Assembly (NCBI GenBank): GCA_040261535.1
Contig: JBDQNU010000006.1
Coordinates: 3,033 to 67,032 of the forward strand
From: Poseidonia sp.
GTDB taxonomy: Archaea; Thermoplasmatota; Poseidoniia; Poseidoniales; Poseidoniaceae
DNA: 64,000 nt
Direction of reading: 5' to 3'
The notes under the pieces are model-generated. The model made no database searches and was not told the origin of the DNA. It worked only from the letters and a program-made list of their open reading frames with translations. Position numbers and translations under genes: made by a program. Of this stretch, positions 8,428 through 17,726 are shown one piece after another; position 1 is the stretch's first letter, and each line of letters starts with the position of its first letter.

Positions 8428-10170
8428 GTGGCCGCACCGTCAAAAGTGGAATTCCCAGGAAAAAAGAAACAACGCATTCAGATGAAGGGGACCAAGCAAG
8501 CCAACGAAGCAACGGCAAAAAAACTGGCCCGCGACCTTGGCAAATTCCTTGACGACCCGCGCAGCCACCTCCCGGCCATGACCTTCTCTGGAAAATTGCG
8601 GTGGGGAAGGACCGACCCCGTCACAAAAACCTTGAATGAAATTGAGAAAATCATCCACAAAAAGGACGATCTCAAGTGGTTATCAAAACGAATGATGGCC
8701 AAACGAGGCGACGATGTTGCCAAAGCCTTCGCAGGCTCGCTCCACGCTGCCCACGATACGGAATTCACGATGGTGGGCCAATTCAACTCCGGTTCGTTTG
8801 GCGGCGGGTCCTATGTTCGCCGGGGCGACGGGAAGCCCGGTTACATGGCGGGTATCCAAAATTTCAGCAATGTCACCCTTCGCATGCTGCCTTGGGAAGC
8901 CCATGCAAAACACGGCATGTACTTCTTCAGCTGGGAAGGCGGCTTTGTCTGCACCGGCCCCAACCCGATTCCGCCCGAGGCGTGGTTGGAAGACGTGCTT
9001 GATCGGTCCCGGTTTTCCTTCACGAGCAGCGAAGTGGACGGTCGACCTGTGTGGTACACCGAGGGCCTTGACGCCGGGGCCATCGTTGCAAAAAGCCCCT
9101 CCGGACAGGGTTACATTTCCCTGCATTTCCACGGCGGTCAAGTCGTTGGATTGGGCCTCGATGCGCTTCAAACCTTCACCAAAAAGGACAGTCCGTTCAT
9201 CCACCACCTCGCCCTTTCCATGTTGCCCCCGTTGTTGCCTTCCGTGCTGACCTTGGATGCGGTTTGGTCGCCCAACGGCTGGCCTGAGGAACGGCCGCTC
9301 CCCGAAGAAAGTCGGGAGAGCATGGACCGAATTTTGGATGCGTGGCAGGGACTGACCATGAACGAGGGCATGGTGGGGGCCTCGATGAAACAAGGCGTCA
9401 TGGAGGGCATTGAAGACGGCATTCTCATCGACGAAGATTGGCTTGACGGGACATCGTTTGATGATCTTTTGACCGCCCTCGCATCCATGCCCGGCTCCCC
9501 TGAGGAGCACCAACTCACGGCTGAAATCCTCAGGTTGGCCGTGACCAACCCTCACGAGGACACCGAGGGGCTGAGAATCGAGGCGAAAGGAAGCGCAGAA
9601 CAACGCGACGGGCGCAGCCTTCGCATCATGTCGGGCGCCACGTGCGGCGATGTTTTGACGACGTTCTGGGCCACCCACGGCTTGGAAGCGTTGGGCGTCC
9701 TTGGCTTGACCGGGTCGGAAGCGGAAACCATTTGGAAGGACCAAAACGATTCACCCAAACCGTTTGGAAAGTTCCTCAAGAGTTTGGACCAAGCACGGGC
9801 GCTTGCGAAACAGCGCGCTCGGTTCCCCGATTGCAACGCGGGCGGTGCAGCGGCTCAGATTCACCGTTACATCGTGGACGGCCTCACCAAAGGGATGGGT
9901 TCCATCGAACGTGAAGCGACTTCTCGCCACGATGATGTCGACGGAGCGGCGGCTTCGTGGGCTTGGTTGGTTGCCGTGGGGCGCTCCGGGGGCCAAGAGT
10001 GGCACTTTGAGTCGAATGCTCGGGACCGCGGAGGTGTATGGGCGGTGCCGACCGGCGTGCTCGTTCAACTCGGGGAGCGCCTGCTCGCTGCCGATGAGAG
10101 TGAACTTTCCGACCTCCAAACCGAATGGGATGAGGCGTTTGCGACCTTGCTAGTCACGACGGGTCAGTGA
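8428..10170 (+). CDS. Hypothetical protein (580 aa, basic N-terminus)
   Basis: Long ORF filling the space between flanking genes, with protein-like composition; no family recognised. Confidence 0.75.
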   Translation: MAAPSKVEFPGKKKQRIQMKGTKQANEATAKKLARDLGKFLDDPRSHLPAMTFSGKLRWGRTDPVTKTLNEIEKIIHKKDDLKWLSKRMMAKRGDDVAKAFAGSLHAAHDTEFTMVGQFNSGSFGGGSYVRRGDGKPGYMAGIQNFSNVTLRMLPWEAHAKHGMYFFSWEGGFVCTGPNPIPPEAWLEDVLDRSRFSFTSSEVDGRPVWYTEGLDAGAIVAKSPSGQGYISLHFHGGQVVGLGLDALQTFTKKDSPFIHHLALSMLPPLLPSVLTLDAVWSPNGWPEERPLPEESRESMDRILDAWQGLTMNEGMVGASMKQGVMEGIEDGILIDEDWLDGTSFDDLLTALASMPGSPEEHQLTAEILRLAVTNPHEDTEGLRIEAKGSAEQRDGRSLRIMSGATCGDVLTTFWATHGLEALGVLGLTGSEAETIWKDQNDSPKPFGKFLKSLDQARALAKQRARFPDCNAGGAAAQIHRYIVDGLTKGMGSIEREATSRHDDVDGAAASWAWLVAVGRSGGQEWHFESNARDRGGVWAVPTGVLVQLGERLLAADESELSDLQTEWDEAFATLLVTTGQ

Positions 10171-10764
10171 TCAGGCAAGAACAAGGTACGCCGCCACGCC
10201 CACGAGCGCAAGGCCAAAAATTTGGTTGAGGGTTTTTCCCGAAGTCTCCGAGGTGAACACCGAGCGAAGGTACGAGCCAAACATGGCCCAAGTGAGGACG
10301 GCTGGCCAGCCAAACGAAAGGTTGAGCAGCACCAGCAACACCTTGGCAAGCAAACCGCTGCCGAAGAGATGGCCAAAAGTCGTCATCAAAACCAAGAAAT
10401 GAACCCAAGCTTTTCCGTTCACGATTTGAAGCATGAAGCCGGTTTGAAAGCCAAGTTGGTGTTCGACGTCTTCTGCCTTGACGGTGGAACTCCGCATCAC
10501 GGACACCCCGATGTAGGCGATGTAGAGCGCCCCGACCACGCCAAGAGCGTTGAAGAACGCTTCATAGCGCTCAATCGTGTTCGTGGCCATGCCGATGAGG
10601 ACGCCCAAAATGGACCATCCAACGCCCATGCCGAGAATCATCGGGAGGGTGTCTCGCACGCCAAACCTCGACCCGTGCGCTGCGCAAAGGATGTTGTTGG
10701 GCCCGGGCGTGAAACACATCGGGACAATGAACACCAAGGCCGCAACGAGCAGTTCGGTGTCCAC
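10171..10764 (-). CDS. LysE family amino-acid exporter
   Basis: TPGPNN motif, about 6 TM helices, QIVNGKAW segment. Confidence 0.85.
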   Translation of the reverse strand: MDTELLVAALVFIVPMCFTPGPNNILCAAHGSRFGVRDTLPMILGMGVGWSILGVLIGMATNTIERYEAFFNALGVVGALYIAYIGVSVMRSSTVKAEDVEHQLGFQTGFMLQIVNGKAWVHFLVLMTTFGHLFGSGLLAKVLLVLLNLSFGWPAVLTWAMFGSYLRSVFTSETSGKTLNQIFGLALVGVAAYLVLA

Positions 10765-10777
10765 CGACCTTCCCCCT

Positions 10778-11956
10778 TCAGACGGCAGCGAGTGCTTGGG
10801 CGATGTCGGCCCAAAGGTCGTCCTTGTCTTCGATACCGATGCTCAATCGGACAAAGCCCGGGACAACGCCTGCGGCCACCCGAACATCCTCGGGAACGAA
10901 CATGTGGCTGGAGTTGAACGGACATTCGATCAACGATTCGACGCCACCAAGGCTCGTGGCCTCGTAAATGATGTTCAAATTCCGCATGAACTTGAGCGCC
11001 GCATTGTCGCCGCCTTTGACGACAAAAGCCACCATCCCGGACCCCTTCGGCATCGTTCTTTGAGCAACTTCGTAATCGGGATGGCTTTCAAGTTGCGTGT
11101 GATAGACGCGGACCACCATTGGATGAGCTTCCAACCGACGAGCGATTTCGGCGGCGTTCTCGCAAATACGCGGCATGCGGACATCAAGGGTTCGCATGCC
11201 CCGTTCCAACAGGTAGCTGGAGTGGGCATCGGGGCTGCCTCCAAAGTGGATTTTCCGCTTGAATATCTCAGCGATCAGGTCCTTGCTGCCGACAACGGCA
11301 CCGCCAATGAGGTCCGAATGGCCGCCGAGGTACTTCGTGGTTGAATGAATCACCAAATCAACGCCCATGGTGAGCGGTTGACAGCCCCAGGGCGAGGCGA
11401 AGGTGTTGTCGATCACGATGAGCAGGTCGTGTCGCTTCGCAACGGCGACCATGGCCTCGATATCGCACACCTTCAGGACGGGGTTGGTCAGGGTTTCGAT
11501 GTAGAGCATCTTCGTGTTCTCTTGAATGGCCGCTTCGTACGAAGACGGGTCCTGCATGTCGGCCATCGTGGTGTGAACACCAAAGCGGGGCAGTTCGGTT
11601 GCGAGCAGACCGTACGTGCCGCCGTAGACGTCGGCACTCGCCACCACGTGGTCTCCCTGTTCGAGAAGGGCGAGCATCGTTGTCGAGATGGCCGCCATGC
11701 CCGAGGAGAAGGTTTCAGCGTCTTCTCCGCCCTCAAGAGCCGTCAACTTTTGAGCGACGGCGTCGGAGTTTACGGTTGACATGCGAGCATAAAGAAGCGT
11801 GTGCTGAGCTCCTGCTGCCCATCCCGCATAGCGCTCCTCGGTGAGTTTGTAGGTCGAGGATTGGAAGATCGGCGTGTTCACGGCGTCACCGATGTGCTGT
11901 GTCCCGCTGTGAACGACGTGCGTGCCGAATTTGGTGTCGTCTTTGTTGGTGCCCAT
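10778..11956 (-). CDS. PLP-dependent Cys/Met metabolism enzyme (cystathionine gamma-synthase / methionine gamma-lyase family)
   Basis: PIFQSSTY, FSSGMAAI, DNTFASP, HSTTKYLGGHSD (PLP lysine), SLGGVESL, RLSIGIE. Confidence 0.92.
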   Translation of the reverse strand: MGTNKDDTKFGTHVVHSGTQHIGDAVNTPIFQSSTYKLTEERYAGWAAGAQHTLLYARMSTVNSDAVAQKLTALEGGEDAETFSSGMAAISTTMLALLEQGDHVVASADVYGGTYGLLATELPRFGVHTTMADMQDPSSYEAAIQENTKMLYIETLTNPVLKVCDIEAMVAVAKRHDLLIVIDNTFASPWGCQPLTMGVDLVIHSTTKYLGGHSDLIGGAVVGSKDLIAEIFKRKIHFGGSPDAHSSYLLERGMRTLDVRMPRICENAAEIARRLEAHPMVVRVYHTQLESHPDYEVAQRTMPKGSGMVAFVVKGGDNAALKFMRNLNIIYEATSLGGVESLIECPFNSSHMFVPEDVRVAAGVVPGFVRLSIGIEDKDDLWADIAQALAAV

Positions 11957-11992
11957 CGTTCTCTCCGATAATCACGAGCCGAACGCGCTCTT

Positions 11993-12964
11993 TCAACCAT
12001 TCTCTCCATCGGCGTGGACATTCTTCGCCGATGCCTCGACCGGTGAGGTCACTTCCACCAAGATGTTTCCAGCGAGGAGAACCCCGCCGCCGAACACAAT
12101 CCACCACGTCCAAGGAACCAATCCAAGGGCGAGACCAAAGAGCGTGGCCCAAACGGGTTCAAGCGCATAGATAACGGCAGCTTGAACGGGGTGCATGTGA
12201 CGCTGATAGAGGTTCAAGGCGACCAAACAAAAGAAGGAGCCGCCCACGCCAAGAAGCACCAAAGGAAGAAGGACGCCTTTCCGAGAAAGAACGGCTTGAG
12301 CCATCTCGATCGGAGCAGAGGAGGTCGCAACGGCCAAAACTGCAGAACCCCCGCCGATGATGAGGAACTGGGTGAGCGTGAGCTTCAGCGGGTCGTGTTC
12401 GAGCGTCCAATGCTGCGTGTAGATGATGTGCAACGCAAAGAAAAACGCACACACGACCGTGATGACCTCCCCCCACCCCCACGAAAGGTGAGGTGGGCCC
12501 TGGATGAAGCCGGCACCAAGGGTTGCCATTAACACGCCCCAATAGAGAGCGCGCCGCGGCGTGTTGTCGGCCATCACCACCGTCAAAACCGCCGTCATCA
12601 CCACGTAAAGCGAGGTCAAGAAGGCTGAAGTTGCGGGGTTGATGTCGTTGAGGGCCACCATTTGCCCGACGAAACCAACGAGCATCAACGAGCCAAGAAC
12701 GGCCCCTCCTTTCCAAATTACCCGGGACCTCACGCCGCTTCGTGCGGACGGTAAGAAGGTGATAACGAGGACGAGCGCGATGAAAAAGCGAAGGCTGACC
12801 ACGAACGCCACCACGGGAAATTCGCCGTATTCGGCCAATTCCAATTCCAACGCATTGAGCGCCTGCTTCATCCAAATGAACGTGGCGCCCCAAATCAGGG
12901 TCACGGCGAGAAGGATCACCGCTGCTTTCCGGCGGTTCGGCTCAAAGGACGTGTCGGATTCCAT
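11993..12964 (-). CDS. DMT/EamA family transporter
   Basis: IWGATF N-terminal motif, about 10 TM segments, LEPVWA motif. Confidence 0.88.
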   Translation of the reverse strand: MESDTSFEPNRRKAAVILLAVTLIWGATFIWMKQALNALELELAEYGEFPVVAFVVSLRFFIALVLVITFLPSARSGVRSRVIWKGGAVLGSLMLVGFVGQMVALNDINPATSAFLTSLYVVMTAVLTVVMADNTPRRALYWGVLMATLGAGFIQGPPHLSWGWGEVITVVCAFFFALHIIYTQHWTLEHDPLKLTLTQFLIIGGGSAVLAVATSSAPIEMAQAVLSRKGVLLPLVLLGVGGSFFCLVALNLYQRHMHPVQAAVIYALEPVWATLFGLALGLVPWTWWIVFGGGVLLAGNILVEVTSPVEASAKNVHADGENG

Positions 12965-13068
12965 CCCCTTTCACCGTTCCCCGGGAGACTTTGACAGGCC
13001 ATGAGGGTGGTGGTTGACTTAGCAGGGCAAACCATATCCTCAAAGGGTGCCCATGACCCAAACCAAGC

Positions 13069-14448
13069 ATGGGAAGCCCTCGAACGGGAGACGATGTCGT
13101 CTGGAAGCAACCCATTGATTCAGGGCCGGCTCCGGAGGACAAGAGCAGTTTTGACGCGGTTGTCGTCGGTGGAGGTCCGGGTGGGTCAGCGGCCGCTGGC
13201 TACCTCGCCATGGAAGGAAAGCGCGTGCTGCTCATCGAAAAGGAGACGTGGCCTCGTGACAAGATCTGCGGCGACGCCGTCGGTGGAAAATCGCTCAGCC
13301 ACGTCAAAGCCTTGGGCGTGAAAGAAACGCTGGAGGCCACGCCTCATTTTCGCGTCACGGGCATCGTGTTCTCGTCCCCAAAGGGGGCCAGCGTGCGTGT
13401 TGCGCTGCCCGAGGAAGACGTCCAGCGGCTCGAGGCGGGGTATTCGCTGCCTCGCCAACAATTTGACCATTTGCTGTTCAACCAAGTCCAACAGCTCGTA
13501 CGAGATGCCGGTGGCTCAATCATTCAAGGAGGGGATGTTCGCGAGGTGTTGTACGACGACGGTCAAGGCGGTCAAGACCCCGGAAAAGGCTCAGGAACCG
13601 AACGGCACGCCAAGGGCATTGTGGTCCGAATCGGAGGTCGAAGCGGAGAGGAATTCACCTATTTTGCTCCAACCGTCGTTGGCGCCGCAGGCTACCGGTG
13701 CCCCGTAGCGAAATCCATGCTCGAAGAGACCTATGAAGAGCCCATGGTGGACCGATCACACTACTGTGCAGGCTACCGTGAGTACTGGCGCGGGGTCAAA
13801 GGGTGCGAAGACAACGTGGGCGATATCGAGATTCATTTTGTTGACACCGTCATCCCCGGATATTTCTGGCTCTTCCCCGTCGCTGAGGGAGTCGTGAACG
13901 TCGGCATCGGCATGGTGATGTCCCTTCTCGATAAGCAATCCAAGAAGCTCAAGGCCCTCCAAGCCGAAGTCATTGCCCAGCACCCCTTGTTCAAAGAGCG
14001 CTTCGCTGACGCTTCAATGATTCCCGGTACAGGCAAAGGTTGGCAATTGCCGTTTGGTTCGCCCAGAAAGAAGGCGAGTCGGCAACCAAGGCGTTCAGCA
14101 AGCAACGGGATTTACCTGGTGGGCGACGCAGCTTCGCTGGTCGATCCGTTTAGCGGCGAAGGTGTGGGCAACGCACTCGTCAGCGGCGAAATGGCGGCGA
14201 AGCACATCATGGAAGGCAAATCCCCAGAAGAATACCAAGAAGCCCTTTGGAAAGCACTTGGACCCGAACTCACGAATTCCTTCCGCATGCAAAAGATGAG
14301 TCGCCGTGCATGGTTGCTCAATTGGTTCGTGGGCAAAGCCTCGAAGAAGCCGGCCATTCAAGAGATGATGACGGAGATGATCGCGAGCAAAGAAGCGCAA
14401 GAAAACCTCCACTCACCATGGTTCATGTTCAAGACCTTGATGTTCTAA
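13069..14448 (+). CDS. Geranylgeranyl reductase family FAD-dependent oxidoreductase
   Basis: VVVGGGPGGS, PRDKICGD, GYFWLFP, VNVGIG and VGDAASLVDPFSGEG motifs. Confidence 0.88.
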   Translation: MGSPRTGDDVVWKQPIDSGPAPEDKSSFDAVVVGGGPGGSAAAGYLAMEGKRVLLIEKETWPRDKICGDAVGGKSLSHVKALGVKETLEATPHFRVTGIVFSSPKGASVRVALPEEDVQRLEAGYSLPRQQFDHLLFNQVQQLVRDAGGSIIQGGDVREVLYDDGQGGQDPGKGSGTERHAKGIVVRIGGRSGEEFTYFAPTVVGAAGYRCPVAKSMLEETYEEPMVDRSHYCAGYREYWRGVKGCEDNVGDIEIHFVDTVIPGYFWLFPVAEGVVNVGIGMVMSLLDKQSKKLKALQAEVIAQHPLFKERFADASMIPGTGKGWQLPFGSPRKKASRQPRRSASNGIYLVGDAASLVDPFSGEGVGNALVSGEMAAKHIMEGKSPEEYQEALWKALGPELTNSFRMQKMSRRAWLLNWFVGKASKKPAIQEMMTEMIASKEAQENLHSPWFMFKTLMF

Positions 14449-14457
14449 GGCCGCAGC

Positions 14458-15246
14458 ATGGACGCCACCCTCTCGGACATCGACGCCGTGTTTCTTGATT
14501 TGGACGGCACCATTTACCTCGGGGGCGAACTCATCGAAGGAGCCGAGGACTTTCTTCAACGGTGCAGAGACCAAGGTGTTCAACGCTACTTCCTCTCCAA
14601 TAATTCGTCGAAGTCCGTGACGCAATACTTGTCAAAACTTCACGCGCTTGGCCTTGAAGCAAGCGAAGAGGATGTTTTGCTCTCAACGCACGACCTGTTG
14701 GCGTGGCTCAGTGAAAACAACGTCACCAAAACGTGGATGGTCGGCACCGAAGGCATGCGAAGCATGCTTGAAGAGCAGGGCATTGCTACCTCAAGCAGCG
14801 ATCCAGAATACGTCGTTCTCGGGTACGATACGGAGTTGACCTACGACAAAATCGCACAAGCGAGCATCCACATGCATGCTGGCGTTCCCTTGGTCGCCAG
14901 TCACCCCGACATGGTGTGCCCGAGCCCGGACGGTGGCTTGCCCGACGTAGGGGCGTACTTGGCGATGTTCAAGGCGACGACAGGGGTTGACCCTGAACAC
15001 ATCACGGGCAAGCCCAATGCGGGCATGATCCTCCACAAAATCGAGGCCTTGGGACTCCGGCCGGAACGGTGTGCCATGGTTGGAGACCGCCTCTACACCG
15101 ACATGGCCATGGCGAGTCGAGCAGGCGTTGTTGGGGTTCTCGTCCTGTCCGGTGAAGCGACCCGAGCCGATGTCGATGCGCTTCCGCCAAACGCAGAACA
15201 ACGGCCGACCGTCATCGTCAACAGCGTCGATGAACTCCTCCGGTGA
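14458..15246 (+). CDS. HAD-IIA family hydrolase (NagD-like)
   Basis: DLDGT, LSNNS, GKPN and VGDRLYTD motifs. Confidence 0.9.
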   Translation: MDATLSDIDAVFLDLDGTIYLGGELIEGAEDFLQRCRDQGVQRYFLSNNSSKSVTQYLSKLHALGLEASEEDVLLSTHDLLAWLSENNVTKTWMVGTEGMRSMLEEQGIATSSSDPEYVVLGYDTELTYDKIAQASIHMHAGVPLVASHPDMVCPSPDGGLPDVGAYLAMFKATTGVDPEHITGKPNAGMILHKIEALGLRPERCAMVGDRLYTDMAMASRAGVVGVLVLSGEATRADVDALPPNAEQRPTVIVNSVDELLR

Positions 15247-15251
15247 CCGGC

Positions 15252-16175
15252 ATGAAGTTCGCTCAACGACTGAAATGGTGGAGGGAGCGGCGGCGACACC
15301 ATCCACCCGACGACATTCATCGCGCCGGTGAATTGGCCGAGCAGCGACTGGCGAAGATCAGCCGTGCCGCAGGCAAAAAAAACGGATGGCATGTGTTTGA
15401 GTCCGTGCGGATCCCCGATGTTGAACAGGGTGGAAAGCGGGAAATCGACCTGGTCATCGTTGGCGGAAACACCCTGCTCGTGGTTGAACAAAAGCACTGG
15501 TCAGGTTCCTTCGAAATCAACGGGGATGAAGAGTTCATTCAGCATCGAAAAAACGGGACGATGCACAACCACAGCACCGTCAATCAGCGCATTGCTCGGA
15601 AATCCCGAATGCTTGTGGCCATGCACAACGAACGGGTGGGCAACGATGACGGGGTTGATGTGCGGGTTGTGTTGGCCTTCACCAATCGAAATTTGGATTG
15701 GCCGGCCAACGTCATGGGCTTGGGCAGCGCGGTCAAGGACGAGGCGGGTTTCATCGCCCTCTTGGAAGACGAAAACCCCGGCCCTCTCAACGAAGCTCTG
15801 CTGGAGACCTTGCAGGGATTCGGCACCTGGGATGAAGTGGAATTGAACGGCGGGCTGATGTGCAAAGGCGATGTCTTGGATTTAGGATTGGGAGAGGCCA
15901 TCAACGAATGGCAGGGCGGGCGCAGGTCACCGTTGAAAGGAGCGGTTGTTCACCCAAGAGGGATTCTTTCGCTTTTTAGGACCTCTGCAAGCCGACTCAC
16001 CCTCCACGCTGGAGAGCGTCATGTCGAAGCCCAACTCCCGTATGGGAAATCGTTGAAAATGCATGTTGTCGGCAGGAAAAGTCCAGAGGACATCCCGTGG
16101 TCAACCGTGGCCTCCATCAACCTCTCAACCCCCTCGTTGAACGACGGGTTGGGCCAAGACCTTGAGAAGCCTTGA
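15252..16175 (+). CDS. NERD (nuclease-related domain) protein
   Basis: AGELAE...EIDLVIV...VVEQKHWSG PD-(D/E)xK-like NERD signature. Confidence 0.75.
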   Translation: MKFAQRLKWWRERRRHHPPDDIHRAGELAEQRLAKISRAAGKKNGWHVFESVRIPDVEQGGKREIDLVIVGGNTLLVVEQKHWSGSFEINGDEEFIQHRKNGTMHNHSTVNQRIARKSRMLVAMHNERVGNDDGVDVRVVLAFTNRNLDWPANVMGLGSAVKDEAGFIALLEDENPGPLNEALLETLQGFGTWDEVELNGGLMCKGDVLDLGLGEAINEWQGGRRSPLKGAVVHPRGILSLFRTSASRLTLHAGERHVEAQLPYGKSLKMHVVGRKSPEDIPWSTVASINLSTPSLNDGLGQDLEKP

Positions 16176-16200
16176 AGCGCACGGTGCTCAGGCCCCAACG

Positions 16201-16479
16201 ATGGCAGTGTGGTGGATCGAGAGCATCGGATTGGTCGCCGGTGCGCTCGGAATCGTCGCTTGGATTCCCCAGATTCGTGACGTGTGGGTGCACGAACGCC
16301 ACGAAGGCATTTCTTTGACCACATTCAGCGTCGTCACCGTCGCCTTGTCCTTGTGGCTTGTCTACGGGATCCTGGTTGAATCCTTGGCAATGATCGTCGC
16401 CAACGTGTTCACCCTCATCGTCATCCTTGCCGTGCTCGTCGGTGTTCGCCGCCTACGAAAGCGAGAGGCGCTTGCGTAG
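16201..16479 (+). CDS. SemiSWEET / PQ-loop family transporter
   Basis: 3 TM helices, WIPQI PQ motif, GIS, LWLVYG and ANV motifs. Confidence 0.82.
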   Translation: MAVWWIESIGLVAGALGIVAWIPQIRDVWVHERHEGISLTTFSVVTVALSLWLVYGILVESLAMIVANVFTLIVILAVLVGVRRLRKREALA

Positions 16480-16482
16480 TCA

Positions 16483-17493
16483 TCAACAAACCGACTTCGT
16501 CGTCTGGATGATGACGGCGCCGATTTTGTACGGGTCACCGTTTGAGGCCGGGCGGCGGTCTTCGAGACGACCCACCCAACCGTCGGTTGGCACGGAGGCA
16601 GGCACGCGAATGGACGCCCCTCGGTCCGAAACGCCATAAGAAAATTGGTCGATGGACTGGGTTTCGTGCAGCCCGGTCAAGCGCTCCTCGTTGTGAGCGC
16701 CGTAAACGGCCATGTGCTTCTCGATGTTCTTGCCGAAGGCTTCACAGATGCTGTTGAACAGGTCTTCGCCGCCCTTGTCTCGCATGGCGCTGTTGGAGAA
16801 ATTGGCGTGCATACCCGAGCCGTTCCAGTCACCCTTGATGGGTTTGGGGTGGTATTCGATGTAGTACCCGTAGCTTTCCGTCAATCGGTCGAGGAGGTAG
16901 CGGGCAACCCAGAGTTCGTCGCCGGCTTGCTTGGCGCCTTTGGCGAAGATTTGGAACTCCCATTGTCCGCAAGCCACTTCTTGGTTGATCCCTTCAAAGT
17001 TGAGGCCTGCTTCCAAACACAGGTCTGCGTGCTCTTCCACAAGGACGCGCCCGTGCGTGTTTTTGCCGCCAACGGAACAGTAGTACAAGCCTTGAGGGCC
17101 AGGGTAACCGCCAACGGGGAACCCAAGCGGAAGCTGCGTGTCGACGTCCATGATGAAGTACTCCTGCTCGTATCCAAACCAGAAGTCGTTGTCGTCGTCG
17201 TCAATGGTTGCTCGGCCGTTGCTGGCATGCGGGGTTCCGTCGGGGTTGAGCACTTCGCACATCACGAGGTAACCGTTCACGCGCTGGGGATCGGGGAAGA
17301 TGTTCACGGGCTTGAGCAGGCAATCGGACGCACTGCCGTCGGCTTGGCGGGTGGAAGAGCCGTCAAACATCCAAATTGGGCATTCTTCGAGCGTGCCGCT
17401 GAAATCCGAGCGGACCATCGTTTTGCTACGCATGTTTTGCGTGGGTTCGTATCCGTCAAGCCAAATGTACTCCAGTTTTGCTTTATCGTCCAT
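16483..17493 (-). CDS. glnA: Glutamine synthetase, type II (short form)
   Basis: LEYIWLDG, FDGSST, EQEY, GINQEVACGQWEFQI, HPKP, DWNGSGMH, RLTGLHET, DRGASIR, LEDRRPASNGDPY; about 336 aa. Confidence 0.93.
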   Translation of the reverse strand: MDDKAKLEYIWLDGYEPTQNMRSKTMVRSDFSGTLEECPIWMFDGSSTRQADGSASDCLLKPVNIFPDPQRVNGYLVMCEVLNPDGTPHASNGRATIDDDDNDFWFGYEQEYFIMDVDTQLPLGFPVGGYPGPQGLYYCSVGGKNTHGRVLVEEHADLCLEAGLNFEGINQEVACGQWEFQIFAKGAKQAGDELWVARYLLDRLTESYGYYIEYHPKPIKGDWNGSGMHANFSNSAMRDKGGEDLFNSICEAFGKNIEKHMAVYGAHNEERLTGLHETQSIDQFSYGVSDRGASIRVPASVPTDGWVGRLEDRRPASNGDPYKIGAVIIQTTKSVC

Positions 17494-17520
17494 GGGTATC
17501 AAATGCGGCGTTTGCGAGAC

Positions 17521-17530
17521 GGTATATGAA
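17521..17530 (-). promoter_or_regulatory. Probable TATA box of glutamine synthetase
   Basis: TTCATATA on the minus strand about 30 nt upstream of ATG 17493, in an AT-rich intergenic region. Confidence 0.45.
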
Positions 17531-17726
17531 CCATACGCTCAATTTAATGGTCAAATTACTCATCAAATGCTCAGCATTACGCTTTCCATCTGATATTTTG
17601 GTGAAATTTTGCTTTCGTTCTTTCGCCTCCGTTTTGCATTTGCGCGGTCATCTCTGCGGTTTTGTTGCATTTGAGCAAGCCAAAGAATTGGCCCCTCGTC
17701 GAGAAAAACATCGTCGCCGAACACCG

